The translations under genes and the position numbers were made by a program. A stretch of 64,000 nucleotides of DNA from an uncultured Gammaproteobacteria bacterium (lineage in GTDB: Bacteria > Patescibacteriota > Patescibacteriia > UBA9934): the NCBI GenBank assembly GCA_964452565.1, contig CAYVLY010000001.1, positions 579,053 through 643,052 on the forward strand. The letters run 5' to 3'. The notes beneath the pieces were generated by a model, which saw only the letters and a list, made by a program, of their open reading frames with translations, was not told the DNA's origin and did not search any database. Positions 9,705 to 20,932 of this stretch are shown here, one piece after another; the first letter of the stretch is position 1; each line of letters begins with the position of its first letter.

Positions 9705-12700
9705 TTAGCGGTTGTTTTGTTGTGATTTTGTATCGATGTCTATCGCCTCTCCTTCGTCGAGAAGCTCTACATCCAAACACAACCCCTTAAGCTCACGAAT
9801 GAGCACATTGAATGATTCAGGAATATTAACCTTTCTAATTGGATCACCCTTGATGATTGCCTCATAAGCCTTTGAGCGGCCTGGGACATCGTCTGACTTA
9901 ATGGTCAAAATCTCTTGCAGGGTATGTGCTGCTCCATAAGCCTCAAGCGCCCAGACCTCCATCTCTCCAAATCGCTGTCCTCCAAACTGTGCTTTTCCTC
10001 CAAGAGGCTGTTGAGTAATTAATGAGTATGGGCCGATAGATCGCTGGTGCATCTTATCCTCAATCATGTGGTTCAGCTTCAGCATGTACATCACACCGAC
10101 GGTTACAGGATTATCAAACTCCTCTCCATTTCTGCCATCAAGCAATTTTCTTTGACCGCTTAGATGGTGCCCGGCGGTTTCAAGCTCCTTTCGAATCATG
10201 TCTTCTGGGACTCCAGCAAACACAGGGGACGCTACGTGATAATCAAGAGTGTCAGCCGCAAGTCCGAGGTGAACCTCTAGGATCTGACCAAGGTTCATAC
10301 GTGACACAACCCCGAGCGGAGTAAGAATCACATCAACTGGTCTACCCTCCTTTGTGAAAGGCATATCCTCTATAGGAACTACGCGTGATACAACGCCCTT
10401 GTTTCCATGTCGTCCTGCCATCTTGTCTCCAACCTGCATCTTTCGAAGGTCTGCAATAGTAACCTGAACTGACCTTACTACTCCTGCTGGCAAATTATCT
10501 CCATCCTCACGTGAGAAAATCTTTACGTCTACCACCTTTCCTTTATTTCCATGTTGCAGATACATTGATGAATCACGAACATCTCGTGCCTTTTCTCCAA
10601 AGATCGCTCGTAACAACTTTTCCTCGGCTGAAAGTTCTGTCTCACCCTTTGGCGTGATCTTTCCTACCAAAATATCTCCTGACTTTACCTCTGCACCTGT
10701 TCGGATGATTCCTTCGGAATCCAAATTCTTAAGCTTTTCCTCTGAGACGTTTGGGATATCAGATGTCACAACCTCAGGTCCAAGCTTAGTATCACGCACA
10801 TCAAGAGTGTGGTGCTCGAGGTGGAGTGTTGTGAAACGATCATCTTGAACAATCTTTTCAGAAAGAATGATTGCATCCTCGTAGTTGCATCCGTCCCAAC
10901 TCATGAAAGCAACCATCATGTTCTGACCAAGCGCCAACTCACCCTCATCAACAGAAGGACCGTCTGCGAGAACAGCTCCCTTTTTGAACTTTTCACCAAC
11001 CATTACAATTGGCCGCTGGTTGATTGAAGTTGAGTGGTTTGATCGTTTAAACTTATTCAAAGTGTATGTAACCTCTCCATCCTTTTTGTATTCAACTACG
11101 ATCTTTCCGCCATCTACATACTTAATTTCTCCATCTTCACGAGCAGTTAGAACGTGTCCTGAATCAATTGCAGCACGTCGCTCTCGCCCAGTTCCAATTC
11201 GTGGAGCCTCTGGTCTGATTGGCGGAACAGCCTGGCGTTGCATGTTAGATCCCATCAACGCTCGAGTTGCATCATCGTGCTCTAAGAAAGGAATTAATGA
11301 AGTTCCGATTGATACGATTTGTGCTGATGAAACATCCAAATAGTTTACTTCCTGCGCCTGAACCAATCGCGCCTCACCAAACTTTCGTGCCTCTACTCTG
11401 TCTGCGTCAATATATCCATCATCAGTAAGTGGGATTGTTGCGGGACATGTAACTGACTTTTCTTCTTTAAAGGCGTTAATGTATTCAATATCGTCCGTTA
11501 CCTTCATCTTTCCGTCCTCATTCACAACTTTTCTGTACGGAGTTTCGATAAAACCGTACTTGTTGATTCGAGCATAACTTGAAAGCTGACCAACAAGTCC
11601 AATATTCGGTCCCTCAGGAGTTTGTACTGGACAGATTCGTCCATAGTGAGTTGTATGCACATCACGAACTTCAAATCCTGCACGCTCACGTGACAATCCA
11701 CCTTGACCCAAGGCTGACAAACGACGCTTGTGCTCAAGCTCCGCCAGTGGATTGGTTTGATCCATGAACTGCGAAAGCTGTGATGACATGAAGAACTCTC
11801 TTGTTGCTCCAATTACTGGCCGCGCATTAATCAAACGACCTGGAGTAATAGACTCTATGTCCTGCGTACTCATTCTATCGCGGACAATCCGCTCCATTCG
11901 TGCAAGACCGATACGGAATCGTCCTTGAATTAGCTCTCCAACCGCACGCACACGTCGGTTTCCAAGGTGGTCAACATCATCTGGTTCTTCTTGGGTGATG
12001 TTTAATCGAATAATCTCGCGAATAATGTCTACTAGATCTTCTTTTCGTAAAATTCGGTTCTCCTCAATTGTTACCCCATCTTCTGGATTCTCTTTATGAA
12101 AACGTGTGTTGAACTTAAACCGTCCAACCGGGCCCAAATCATATCGATCAAAATTGAAGAACATTGAATGAATCAACTGCTTTGCATTCTCTGCAGTGGC
12201 CAGATCTCCTGGACGGATTCGTTTATACACCTCCTTAAGCCCCTCTTCCTCATTAGTAGAGATATCCTTTGCCAATGTGGTTTCAATGTACTTATTCAGT
12301 GGATGGGTATCAATATCCTTGAACAAATCAAGGATCTCTTCATCTGTAAAAAATCCAAATGCGCGTAAAAGTGCTGTTACCGCCACCTTACGCTTTCTAT
12401 CAATCTTTACCCAAATAACATTTTTAGCATCTGTCTCAAACTCCAGCCATGCTCCGCGATTTGGAATGATTTTTGCTCCATAGTATCGACGTCCACGTAT
12501 TGCCTCTGCAGTAAAGAACGCTCCAGCTGATCGAACCAACTGGGAAACAATCACTCGCTCAGCTCCATTAATGATGAATGTTCCTCTGTCTGTCATTACA
12601 GGGAGGTCACCAAGGAAAATCTCCTGTTCTTTGCTATCTTTTGTACGAAGGTTGGTCAATTTTGCCTTCACACGAAGTGGCGCTTCAAAGGTAATGTTCT

Positions 12701-12944
12701 TATCCTTTGAGGTCTTTTCATCGAATTTAGGCTCGTCAATGAAATATTCACCGAATGTTAGCTCCAAATCACGACCAATAAAGTCCTGAATTGGAGATAC
12801 TTCAGAAAGAAGCTCTGAAATCCCCTCCTTTAGAAACCAGTCATATGATGACTTTTGAACTTCGATCAAATCTGGAAGCTCCATCGCCTCTCGCATTGAG
12901 TCAAAGTACTTGCGCTCTCGCACAGAAGATGTCTTTTTCGCCAT
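9705..12944 (-). CDS. rpoB: DNA-directed RNA polymerase beta subunit
   Basis: [39 protein letters not shown]. Confidence 0.99.
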   Translation of the reverse strand: MAKKTSSVRERKYFDSMREAMELPDLIEVQKSSYDWFLKEGISELLSEVSPIQDFIGRDLELTFGEYFIDEPKFDEKTSKDKNITFEAPLRVKAKLTNLRTKDSKEQEIFLGDLPVMTDRGTFIINGAERVIVSQLVRSAGAFFTAEAIRGRRYYGAKIIPNRGAWLEFETDAKNVIWVKIDRKRKVAVTALLRAFGFFTDEEILDLFKDIDTHPLNKYIETTLAKDISTNEEEGLKEVYKRIRPGDLATAENAKQLIHSMFFNFDRYDLGPVGRFKFNTRFHKENPEDGVTIEENRILRKEDLVDIIREIIRLNITQEEPDDVDHLGNRRVRAVGELIQGRFRIGLARMERIVRDRMSTQDIESITPGRLINARPVIGATREFFMSSQLSQFMDQTNPLAELEHKRRLSALGQGGLSRERAGFEVRDVHTTHYGRICPVQTPEGPNIGLVGQLSSYARINKYGFIETPYRKVVNEDGKMKVTDDIEYINAFKEEKSVTCPATIPLTDDGYIDADRVEARKFGEARLVQAQEVNYLDVSSAQIVSIGTSLIPFLEHDDATRALMGSNMQRQAVPPIRPEAPRIGTGRERRAAIDSGHVLTAREDGEIKYVDGGKIVVEYKKDGEVTYTLNKFKRSNHSTSINQRPIVMVGEKFKKGAVLADGPSVDEGELALGQNMMVAFMSWDGCNYEDAIILSEKIVQDDRFTTLHLEHHTLDVRDTKLGPEVVTSDIPNVSEEKLKNLDSEGIIRTGAEVKSGDILVGKITPKGETELSAEEKLLRAIFGEKARDVRDSSMYLQHGNKGKVVDVKIFSREDGDNLPAGVVRSVQVTIADLRKMQVGDKMAGRHGNKGVVSRVVPIEDMPFTKEGRPVDVILTPLGVVSRMNLGQILEVHLGLAADTLDYHVASPVFAGVPEDMIRKELETAGHHLSGQRKLLDGRNGEEFDNPVTVGVMYMLKLNHMIEDKMHQRSIGPYSLITQQPLGGKAQFGGQRFGEMEVWALEAYGAAHTLQEILTIKSDDVPGRSKAYEAIIKGDPIRKVNIPESFNVLIRELKGLCLDVELLDEGEAIDIDTKSQQNNR

Positions 12945-13154
12945 ATAAACAAAAATCGCCTCATTACCCTCAATGAAGCTTATTATTGGGTTGAATTTTG
13001 CGCTTCCAAAGACTGCGCCACACAGTTCGCAGAGTCTAGAAGAAGGTGTTTGGGGGTCACCAGTTGTACAACTTATTTACTAACGTTAGGAATGTATCAC
13101 CCCTTTGACGTCATAGTATGGGTGTTGGAAATTCCTACTCGCTAAAGCGACGCA

Positions 13155-13184
13155 AGTATATCAAAAGAAATGAAGTTTGGTCAA
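13155..13184 (-). promoter_or_regulatory. sigma70 promoter of rpoBC, implying a ~200-nt structured leader
   Basis: TTGACC-18 nt-TATACT on the minus strand. Confidence 0.6.
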
Positions 13185-13213
13185 ATGCAGCTATATATTT
13201 CAATCCCCTCCTA

Positions 13214-13353
13214 TGTTTACGAACTGCAGGACAAGGACACAAATAGCCATCCGAGCCAATGCTAGTGCACGAGAGGAGAGAGAGCCTTGCAGAAGCAAGG
13301 GACGTGCAGACATTGATCCGACGACTTGCACCTCATCCCGCAGTTTATAAACA
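13214..13353 (-). ncRNA. Candidate rod-shaped hairpin RNA or MITE-like hairpin element
   Basis: Nearly continuous imperfect stem with many G-U pairs on the minus strand; extended -10 TGCTACTTT at 13362-13370. Confidence 0.45.
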
Positions 13354-13545
13354 AAGAAATTAAAGTAGCATGGCTTTGCCTATATAATAATTGATCTTGA
13401 TTTTTTTGTGAATGTGGATGGGTTGCGGTCTTCAGATAGATTTGATTAAATACTGCTGCAACCTGATCGTCATGTCGACACAGGGAGTGCAACGCAACCC
13501 ATTCCCAACTCAAGGAGAGTACATGCAGGCCGCCATCGACTCATC

Positions 13546-13800
13546 GTGACAGAAGCATGGTACACGCAACTGCTCGTTGTTGATGAAGAGACCAGTGAAA
13601 CGGTCGGCTTCTTCTACAACGTAAACATCTATGACGATCTCTACCGTGAACTTCGAACTCTCACCCGGCAAGATCCGCCTTACGATCCAGGTGCATCGTT
13701 GTTCGCCCTCCTGCCTCCCGATAGGAAGCTTGTCCCACCCCAGAACCGCGAACGCGTTCAGGAACTCCTGACACAACTGCGGGAAAAGGGCTACAAATAG
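13546..13800 (+). CDS. Hypothetical protein (GC-rich orphan cassette)
   Basis: 84-aa ORF with C/G-ending codons; hairpin terminator at 13817-13838; GTG start overlaps the TGA of a short upstream ORF. Confidence 0.5.
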   Translation: MTEAWYTQLLVVDEETSETVGFFYNVNIYDDLYRELRTLTRQDPPYDPGASLFALLPPDRKLVPPQNRERVQELLTQLREKGYK

Positions 13801-13912
13801 GAGATCTTGCACACGCAACCCGCGCTCTCGCGCGGGTTTACGTTATATTAGTGATTGACAACAAACCCATTAAAGGGTACTTTTCAACACAGCTATCAAT
13901 GGGAGAAAAATC

Positions 13913-14143
13913 GTGCCAGTACCAAACCCACCCCACCAAATTCGCAGAAGTGTTATTGTGAAAGACGAAAATGGCAGGTATCTTGCATTCAAAAAAGGAG
14001 TAAATCAGCTACGCAATCCTACATTGGAGAGATTGAAGGCCATTGCAACGCAGCATAGACTCCGCTTTGGAGGACCACTTGTTCTCACTATCGCTGAAGC
14101 TGATACGCATAAAGCCAACCAACTGCTTGAAGCCCTCAAATGA
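13913..14143 (+). CDS. Small hypothetical protein (stand-alone cassette)
   Basis: TTGACA-17-TACTTT promoter from 13855, SD GGGAG, hairpin terminator at 14166-14181. Confidence 0.55.
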   Translation: MPVPNPPHQIRRSVIVKDENGRYLAFKKGVNQLRNPTLERLKAIATQHRLRFGGPLVLTIAEADTHKANQLLEALK

Positions 14144-14192
14144 GTGAGACCCTCTAATTCTACTCCCGCACTTCGGTGCGGCTTTTGCTTTT

Positions 14193-15197
14193 CTAATTTT
14201 GCTCTTTTATTGCCTTTTCGGTTGCTTTCCTAATCTGCTTCAGGAGTTTCTTATCCTTCATCATGAACTGCCGAGTGTTTTCCCTTCCGACTCCGAGCTT
14301 AACATCGCCAAATGTGTAGGTGTTGCCACGCTTATCAATCGAGCCAATCTGGATCCCAACATCAAGCAGATCCCCTGCAATAGATATTCCTTCGTTGTAC
14401 ATGATATCGAACTCGCAGCGCTGGAATGGGGGAGCAACCTTATTCTTGACGATCTTTGCCTTTACGCGGTTTCCGATAATTTGCTCACCCTGTTTGATCT
14501 GCGCTGAACGACGGACTTCGATTCGTACAGAAGAGTAAAACTTAAGCGCATTTCCACCAGAAGTGGTTTCTGGATTGCCAAACATCACTCCGATCTTATG
14601 CCGAATCTGGTTTATGAAAATGACAGTTGTATTTGACTTTGCAACAAGCCCCGCCAGCTTTCTGAGCGCCTGACTCATCAATCGTGCCTGCAATCCAACA
14701 TGGTGATCTCCCATATCACCTTCGATCTCAGCCTTTGGTGTAAGTGCTGCAACCGAATCAACTACCACAACATCCACCGCGCTTGATCGAACAAGTGTAT
14801 CAACAATTTCAAGCGCCTGTTCCCCAGTATCAGGTTGTGAGATAAACAGCTCTTCGATATTAACTCCGATCTTTGCTGCATACTCAGGATCCAGTGCATG
14901 CTCAGCATCAACAAATGCAGCAACACCTCCGGTCTTCTGCACTTCAGCTACAACATGCTGCGCAAGCGTTGTTTTACCTGATGATTCTGGTCCATAAACC
15001 TCAATAATTCGTCCACGCGGCACACCGCCTATACCAAGTGCGAGATCTAGAGATAGACACCCAGTGGATACTGATTCAACATTCATGGCTTTCGCTTCCC
15101 CAAGTCGCATAATCGATCCCTCGCCAAACCGTTGCTTGATTTGAGATATTGCCTCATCAGCTGCTTGGAACCTAGCTTTTTGTTCTTCTTTTGACAT
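14193..15197 (-). CDS. recA: Recombinase RecA
   Basis: [37 protein letters not shown]; start moved to MSKEEQ. Confidence 0.99.
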   Translation of the reverse strand: MSKEEQKARFQAADEAISQIKQRFGEGSIMRLGEAKAMNVESVSTGCLSLDLALGIGGVPRGRIIEVYGPESSGKTTLAQHVVAEVQKTGGVAAFVDAEHALDPEYAAKIGVNIEELFISQPDTGEQALEIVDTLVRSSAVDVVVVDSVAALTPKAEIEGDMGDHHVGLQARLMSQALRKLAGLVAKSNTTVIFINQIRHKIGVMFGNPETTSGGNALKFYSSVRIEVRRSAQIKQGEQIIGNRVKAKIVKNKVAPPFQRCEFDIMYNEGISIAGDLLDVGIQIGSIDKRGNTYTFGDVKLGVGRENTRQFMMKDKKLLKQIRKATEKAIKEQN

Positions 15198-15304
15198 AGT
15201 TATTATTATGAATAAGACGCGCCCAGAGAGAAAAAACAAAAGAACGGCTTTTTCGCGCGTCCTCCTCGAGGAACCTTACAGAGATTCCTTGCTTACATTA
15301 TATC

Positions 15305-16015
15305 TTATTGTACAGAATATCCTACCTGACTTATCCCCGACTGTGCCTGAGGGTCAAATACAACAGATCGCTCGATAATTGCCTTTCTTGAGTATCGTCG
15401 TTCAGCCTCAATAACCAAATCATTAAGCCCTTGTTCTAGATCCACAGTGGTTTCAAAGGTAAAATCATCATTCACTACAATCGGCTCTCCATTGATATAG
15501 ACACTTGCCTCACCCTCCACTAAGCCATAAACAGAGATTTCTGCGTCATGGGTCAAAATATCATCTGCTGGTGATAAAAGAACTATCTCAGGTGGCTCAA
15601 TGATCGAAATTAGCTGCCAGCCTATGTATGAAACAACGCACAACAGAAGCGCTGCGATGATTCCATATCGAACAAACTTGTTCCAAATGTAGAACCGCTT
15701 GCTTTTCACTCGCTGTCGCGGTGAACACATTGGCTCAATCAAGTCACACAGTCCACATTCCTCATCATAGAGCTCTAAAAAGTACTTTTCGTCTGCACCT
15801 AGCGCTCGAGCATAGGCTCGAATAAAATTTCGAGCATAAAGCGGCTCTGGCAAATCCTCAAACTTCCCTTTCTCAAGCGCTTCAAGATAATTGCGCTGAA
15901 TATGAGTCTTGCCTTCCATCATGTCTAGGGTCACTGCTTGATTGCGACGCAAAGCACGGAGCTTCTCAGCTAAGCTCTGGGGCTCTCCGTCCAATTGTCG
16001 CTTTACAAAGACCAT
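15305..16015 (-). CDS. RodZ-like HTH membrane protein with C-terminal Ig-like domain
   Basis: HTH (YLEALEKG...YARNFIRAYARALG), one TM helix, Ig-like tail; lies downstream of ftsK. Confidence 0.8.
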   Translation of the reverse strand: MVFVKRQLDGEPQSLAEKLRALRRNQAVTLDMMEGKTHIQRNYLEALEKGKFEDLPEPLYARNFIRAYARALGADEKYFLELYDEECGLCDLIEPMCSPRQRVKSKRFYIWNKFVRYGIIAALLLCVVSYIGWQLISIIEPPEIVLLSPADDILTHDAEISVYGLVEGEASVYINGEPIVVNDDFTFETTVDLEQGLNDLVIEAERRYSRKAIIERSVVFDPQAQSGISQVGYSVQ

Positions 16016-16019
16016 AAAT

Positions 16020-18308
16020 CTATTCGCTATACTCTTCCTCTTCTTCATCTTCATCGTACCCCTCCTCTTCATCCTCTACAAACTCCTCGTCCACATCTTC
16101 ATCAACATATTCTTCCTCGTCTTTCTCGTACTCATCTTCAAACTCTTCCTCTTCTTCATGGCCATCACCAGCCATCTCTCGAAGCTCAGTCTCTTTTTCT
16201 TGACGACCGCCCTGTGGCCATTCATCTACTAAAACCTCTCGTGGTCTTGATCCATTTGCACCTCCCACAATACCCATCTCTTCCATCGTGTCGATGATTC
16301 GAGCAGCTCTAGAGTATCCAACCTTGATTCTTCGCTGTAAAAATGAAGTCGAAGCCTTTCCTGACTCAATCACAACTTCAATTGCCTCATTAAGAAGTGG
16401 GTCAGCGTCCTCACCTGCAAAGGAAGTGCCTCCTGTTCGAGTATCTTCTGTGACTTGGTAGTTATAATCAGGCTCACCCTGCTTCTTGAGGAATACAACA
16501 ACACGCTCAATCTCCTCATCAGAAACAAAAGCTCCTTGCAGTCGTCTTGGTTTTGAAATTTGTGGCGTGGTCATCAGCATGTCCCCACGTCCAAGCAACT
16601 TCTCAGCACCAGCTTGATCTAGAATAGTCTTTGAGTCCACCTGAGATGCAACAGCAAACGCGAGTCGCGTCGGGATGTTGGCTTTAATCAAACCAGTGAT
16701 AACATCCACCGAAGGTCGTTGCGTTGCCAAAACAAGATGAATCCCAACTGCACGAGCCATTTGAGAAATTCTAACGATCACAGCCTCAACATCTCGTTTG
16801 TTTTGGCTCATTAAGTCTGCAAGCTCATCAATCACGATCACTATCTTTGGCATTCTGTCCTTACACTTCTTGTTATATACATCAATATCACGAGCACCCT
16901 GCTTTGCCAGATGATCAAGACGTCGCTCCATCTCTCTTACAGCCCATTTAAGGGCATTGATTGCCTCATCAACCTTTGTAATCGGTGGAATGAGTAGGTG
17001 TGGGATACCTGAATATACACCCATTTCAACACGCTTAGGGTCAACCATAATGAACTTGAGATCATCAGGTCCATTCTGATACAAAAGCGACAAAATAATG
17101 TCATTCAAACAAACTGACTTACCAGATCCAGTAGCACCTGCCACTAACATATGTGGCGCCTTATCAACTGCAACCATATTTACAGCACCCCCAACATCTT
17201 TTCCAAGTGGTGATGTGAAATTTGTCTTACGATGCTTAAATGCCTTTGAATCCATAAGCTCACGCAAGCAAACGATTCCAACTTTTTGGTTTGGTACCTC
17301 GATTCCCACTAGCGACCTGCCCGGAATTGGTGCTTCAATCCTAATCGGATGCGCTGCAAGTGCTAGGGCCAGATCATTATGAAGTGCAATGATGCGTGAG
17401 AGCTTGACCCCTTCAGCTGGTCGAAGCGCGTATTGAGTTACAGTTGGGCCAACCCGTACATCTGCCATCTCAACATCGATGCCAAAGTTCTCAAAAGTAC
17501 GACGAATGATCTCTTGATTTCGGTCAATATCTCCTGATTTACCATCAGTACCACTCTCATTGAGAAGATTAAGTGGAATCTCAACTTTTCGCCTACGGCG
17601 ACTTGTCATAATAGATTCACTCTCATCAGATTCCTCTATTTCAGCTTCTTCAGTTCGATCATCAACCTCTTCTTTCTCTTCATCCTCGTCATATTCTTCC
17701 TCTTCAAACTCCTCATCTTCAATAAAAAGCGCGTCCTCGTCATCAAGATCGTCCGATTTCTTTATCAAACCTCCAAGCTGTGCAAAATGACCAGGGACCG
17801 TAAGAATACTTTGCAATGAAATATCAAATATCAAAATTATCGCAATACACAAGGCTGCAAAAACTATCACAAATGACCCCCAGAATCCTAACCAACCCAC
17901 CAGCAGTTCTGAAACAACCATTCCAACATACCCACCTGCTTTTGACAGTTCTTCAACTGAAAACACGTCGTCAAGGATAAATAAGTTCAAAAGTCCATTA
18001 AATGATAAGAAAAACAATATGAGACCGATGTAATTTACAACACCAAAGACAGATCTATGCGGGAATATGATATGCCAACCGATCACAATTAACACAAGTG
18101 AGAACAACCAACGATCCCATCCAAAGACTTGTGCCAGTATTCCATCTGCCCATGTACCAGCAGATCCTGCTAGATCAAAAAAGGCAAGCAAAAAGAAAAC
18201 CGCGAGTGCGGCTAACCCAATTGCAAAAATACTTTGTTTTACGCCATCTGAGAGACCAGATGACTTACTGCGCGACCCACCGCGCTTCCTGCGACGTTTC
18301 TTTGCCAT
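16020..18308 (-). CDS. ftsK: DNA translocase FtsK/SpoIIIE
   Basis: N-terminal TM helices, PHMLVAGATGSGKS, IDELADLM, ATQRPSVDV, gamma domain STSFLQRR. Confidence 0.97.
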   Translation of the reverse strand: MAKKRRRKRGGSRSKSSGLSDGVKQSIFAIGLAALAVFFLLAFFDLAGSAGTWADGILAQVFGWDRWLFSLVLIVIGWHIIFPHRSVFGVVNYIGLILFFLSFNGLLNLFILDDVFSVEELSKAGGYVGMVVSELLVGWLGFWGSFVIVFAALCIAIILIFDISLQSILTVPGHFAQLGGLIKKSDDLDDEDALFIEDEEFEEEEYDEDEEKEEVDDRTEEAEIEESDESESIMTSRRRRKVEIPLNLLNESGTDGKSGDIDRNQEIIRRTFENFGIDVEMADVRVGPTVTQYALRPAEGVKLSRIIALHNDLALALAAHPIRIEAPIPGRSLVGIEVPNQKVGIVCLRELMDSKAFKHRKTNFTSPLGKDVGGAVNMVAVDKAPHMLVAGATGSGKSVCLNDIILSLLYQNGPDDLKFIMVDPKRVEMGVYSGIPHLLIPPITKVDEAINALKWAVREMERRLDHLAKQGARDIDVYNKKCKDRMPKIVIVIDELADLMSQNKRDVEAVIVRISQMARAVGIHLVLATQRPSVDVITGLIKANIPTRLAFAVASQVDSKTILDQAGAEKLLGRGDMLMTTPQISKPRRLQGAFVSDEEIERVVVFLKKQGEPDYNYQVTEDTRTGGTSFAGEDADPLLNEAIEVVIESGKASTSFLQRRIKVGYSRAARIIDTMEEMGIVGGANGSRPREVLVDEWPQGGRQEKETELREMAGDGHEEEEEFEDEYEKDEEEYVDEDVDEEFVEDEEEGYDEDEEEEEYSE

Positions 18309-18366
18309 AGCAGTATGTATTTTATCACATCTAATCATTATTTGATGCGTAAAATGGGCACAAGCA

Positions 18367-18395
18367 TTGACAAAATGCCTTTTTTGTTATATATT
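18367..18395 (+). promoter_or_regulatory. sigma70 promoter of the PP2C cassette
   Basis: TTGACA-17 nt-TATATT. Confidence 0.75.
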
Positions 18396-18467
18396 CAGTG
18401 GTCTTCGGACGAAATTTCCCCCCTTCACACTCACCCCCTTCACGATCCATGATCAAAAGGAGATGCT

Positions 18468-19367
18468 ATGGCCATCGAAGCCGCAGCACGCGTACACATC
18501 GGTGGACGCTCAAATCAGGAGGACGGAGCGACCTGTCTGGTCTCTCCGAGAGGCACCATCGCCTTACTCGCAGCCATCGACGGCATGGGCGGCCCTGATA
18601 GGGGTGAGTACGCTACCGGCGTGACCCGCTCACACCTCACGCGCCTGGCTGGACAAAGACCAACTGTCGGCAAGCTGTGTGCGGAGCTGTTGGCGGCAGA
18701 TGTCAATATCCGGGCTGACTCAGACGCCAAGGGTATCCACGAAAGCAACCTGCCCGGCTGTGTGGTGACGGCTGCGTGGATCAATCAACGCACGGGCAAC
18801 TTGATCATCGCCCACATCGGCGACACTCGCTGCTACATGATGGTCCCCCGCCAGAGCTGGATTCAAGTAACAACTGACCACACCCTGGTTCAACAAGATC
18901 ACCCGAGATTCACAGAGTCCGAGAGGATGATGTGCACGTACAACAGCATCATAACTCGCCATGTTGGTCGAGGATCGGACAAAATCGAGTTCTACGAACC
19001 CACGTGCCCAGACACCTATGCCCTGCTGCTCTGCAGCGACGGACTGCACGATGTGGTTCACGAGGACATCATCAACATGGTGATGTATGGGCTGTGGACC
19101 AAGAAGACCTACGATCAGGTTCTGCTCGAGTCCGAACGGGTCACCGAGATCCACCGAGAGCTGAACATCGCCGACAACGTTCTCGTGCTCAAGGTCATCG
19201 AGATTCTGCTGCGGGCCCGCAAGGGTGGGCGCACCTGCGCCCAGGTCGCCAGCGATCTCATCGAGCTCTCGCTGCTGTACCAGCCGCACCTCAAGGCCGA
19301 CAATGTCACCGTCGTGGTCGCTCGCGTGACGCCGACCACTACGGTCGTTGCCAAAATCGTACCTTAG
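18468..19367 (+). CDS. PP2C/PrpC-family Ser/Thr protein phosphatase (GC-rich cassette)
   Basis: GGRSNQED, IDGMGG, HIGDTRCY, LLLCSDGLHD, DNVTVVV; SD AAAAGGAGA. Confidence 0.88.
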   Translation: MAIEAAARVHIGGRSNQEDGATCLVSPRGTIALLAAIDGMGGPDRGEYATGVTRSHLTRLAGQRPTVGKLCAELLAADVNIRADSDAKGIHESNLPGCVVTAAWINQRTGNLIIAHIGDTRCYMMVPRQSWIQVTTDHTLVQQDHPRFTESERMMCTYNSIITRHVGRGSDKIEFYEPTCPDTYALLLCSDGLHDVVHEDIINMVMYGLWTKKTYDQVLLESERVTEIHRELNIADNVLVLKVIEILLRARKGGRTCAQVASDLIELSLLYQPHLKADNVTVVVARVTPTTTVVAKIVP

Positions 19368-19391
19368 CAGATTCTCTCTGCTACGGGATTC

Positions 19392-19453
19392 AGCCCACCC
19401 CTCACCCGGGTGGGCTTGTTGCATCAAAAAATCCAGAATTTTCTGGATTTTTT
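19392..19453. terminator. Two terminator hairpins between the convergent PP2C gene and efp
   Basis: AGCCCACCC-ctcaccc-GGGTGGGCT and AAAAAATCCAGAA-tt-TTCTGGATTTTTT. Confidence 0.7.
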
Positions 19454-19524
19454 GTTTAAATGTTTAAATTGTTTAATGTGTTTATTCTGGAATAAACATG
19501 TTCATCATTTTAAACATTTTCAAC

Positions 19525-20091
19525 CTACCTATTCACCCGTTCTAAATAGGTACCCTCCTCAGTATTAACTCGAATCGTATCTCCTTGTTTGATAAAAATC
19601 GGTACGCGAACTTTTAGGCCATTACCCATCACTGCATCTTTTTGAACATTCCCAGAAACCGTATCGCCTTTTGTAGCTGGTTCAGTTTGCGCAACCTCAT
19701 AATCAGCCTTAACAGGAATATCAACTGCTATTGGCTGATCACCATACATTATAACAGTAACCTCAAGCCCCTCTTTTAGATAAGGCGCAGCCTCGCCAAC
19801 TGTGTCAGCATCGATCATCACCTGCTCATAGGTCACCCCATCCATAAATGTGAATGATCCGCCCTCTGAAAAAATGTACTGCATCTTCTTGTTCATCACA
19901 TCTGCAAACTCTAGAGTTTCTCCAGATTTGAAATTCTCCTCAATAACTTTCCCAGATGAAAGTGATTTCATACGTGTACGGACAAAACCGCCACCACGAC
20001 CTGATGATGACCGCGTATAACTAACAACAACCCAAAGGTCGTCTTTATATTTGATAACTGTTCCACGTCGAATAGAAGTTGGAGAAGCCAT
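19525..20091 (-). CDS. efp: Elongation factor P
   Basis: GRGGGFVRTRMK loop, FMDGVTYEQ, VPIFIKQGDTIRVNT. Confidence 0.96.
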   Translation of the reverse strand: MASPTSIRRGTVIKYKDDLWVVVSYTRSSSGRGGGFVRTRMKSLSSGKVIEENFKSGETLEFADVMNKKMQYIFSEGGSFTFMDGVTYEQVMIDADTVGEAAPYLKEGLEVTVIMYGDQPIAVDIPVKADYEVAQTEPATKGDTVSGNVQKDAVMGNGLKVRVPIFIKQGDTIRVNTEEGTYLERVNR

Positions 20092-20108
20092 AGAATAAAA
20101 ATTTAGAA

Positions 20109-20189
20109 ACCTCCCCTGGCCCCTCCTTCGTAAGGAGGGGGATCACAATTTTTGACCCTCCCCCTTTCGAAGGGGGAGTTGGAGGGGGT
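20109..20189. repeat. REP-like palindromic element (CCCTCC...GGAGGG type)
   Basis: CCCCTCCTT-cgt-AAGGAGGGG and CTCCCCCTT-tcg-AAGGGGGAG hairpins in the rpsR-efp spacer. Confidence 0.6.
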
Positions 20190-20249
20190 ATATAATACTT
20201 AAGATCAAAGAAGCGAGCTTATTGCCCGCCTCTTATTGTATCAATTTCA

Positions 20250-20486
20250 TTATTTATGTACGAACGGGAGCAATGCCATAATTCGAGCTCGCTTGATTGC
20301 AAGTGAGATCTGTCGCTGGTGTCGAGTACAAACTCCGCTTCGCTTGCGAGGAACAATCTTTCCAAAAGAAGAGATGTATCGTCGCAAAAGTCCAGTATTC
20401 TTGTAATCAATAATTGCATCCTTGTTCACGCAGAAGTTACAGTATCGTGATGACTCCTTCTGCTTCATTGTTGTAATTTTTGCCAT
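20250..20486 (-). CDS. rpsR: 30S ribosomal protein S18 (zinc-binding type)
   Basis: [28 protein letters not shown]. Confidence 0.97.
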   Translation of the reverse strand: MAKITTMKQKESSRYCNFCVNKDAIIDYKNTGLLRRYISSFGKIVPRKRSGVCTRHQRQISLAIKRARIMALLPFVHK

Positions 20487-20487
20487 A

Positions 20488-20931
20488 TTAGAATGGAATA
20501 TCTTCTAGTTTAATCTCGTCGTCAGCTGCCGGTGCTGGTGCTGAGCTCTCTGTTGGTGCTGGTGCAGATGATCCTGCTGAAAATCCTGCTGAATCATTTC
20601 GGCCACCAAGCATAACCATATTTTCTGCAATAATCTCAGTTCGGTATCGCTTTACTCCATCTTGTCCTTCCCAGTCACGAGTCTGAAGTCGACCTTCGAT
20701 ATACACACGATTACCCTTTTTTAGGTACTGTGTGATTATTTCTGCAAGCTTTGCCCATGCAACAACATTGTGGAACTCTGCTTGCTCTTGCTTTTCTCCG
20801 CTAGCGTCCTTCCATGTTCGGTTTGTTGCAACTCCGAAAGAACATACTGCTGTTCCTGATCCAGTTTGTCGCAATTCTGGGTCCCGTGTAAGGTTCCCGA
20901 TAATCATTGCTTTGTTAAGTGAAGAAGCCAT
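20488..20931 (-). CDS. ssb: Single-stranded DNA-binding protein
   Basis: [25 protein letters not shown]-terminal EDIPF. Confidence 0.98.
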   Translation of the reverse strand: MASSLNKAMIIGNLTRDPELRQTGSGTAVCSFGVATNRTWKDASGEKQEQAEFHNVVAWAKLAEIITQYLKKGNRVYIEGRLQTRDWEGQDGVKRYRTEIIAENMVMLGGRNDSAGFSAGSSAPAPTESSAPAPAADDEIKLEDIPF

Positions 20932-20932
20932 A

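Noticed and set aside
5663-15197. Inteins or introns in rpoC, rpoB or recA
   Set aside because: Lengths and motif spacing are normal; the RpoC insertions look like a lineage-specific coiled coil and sandwich-barrel repeats, with no intein end motifs
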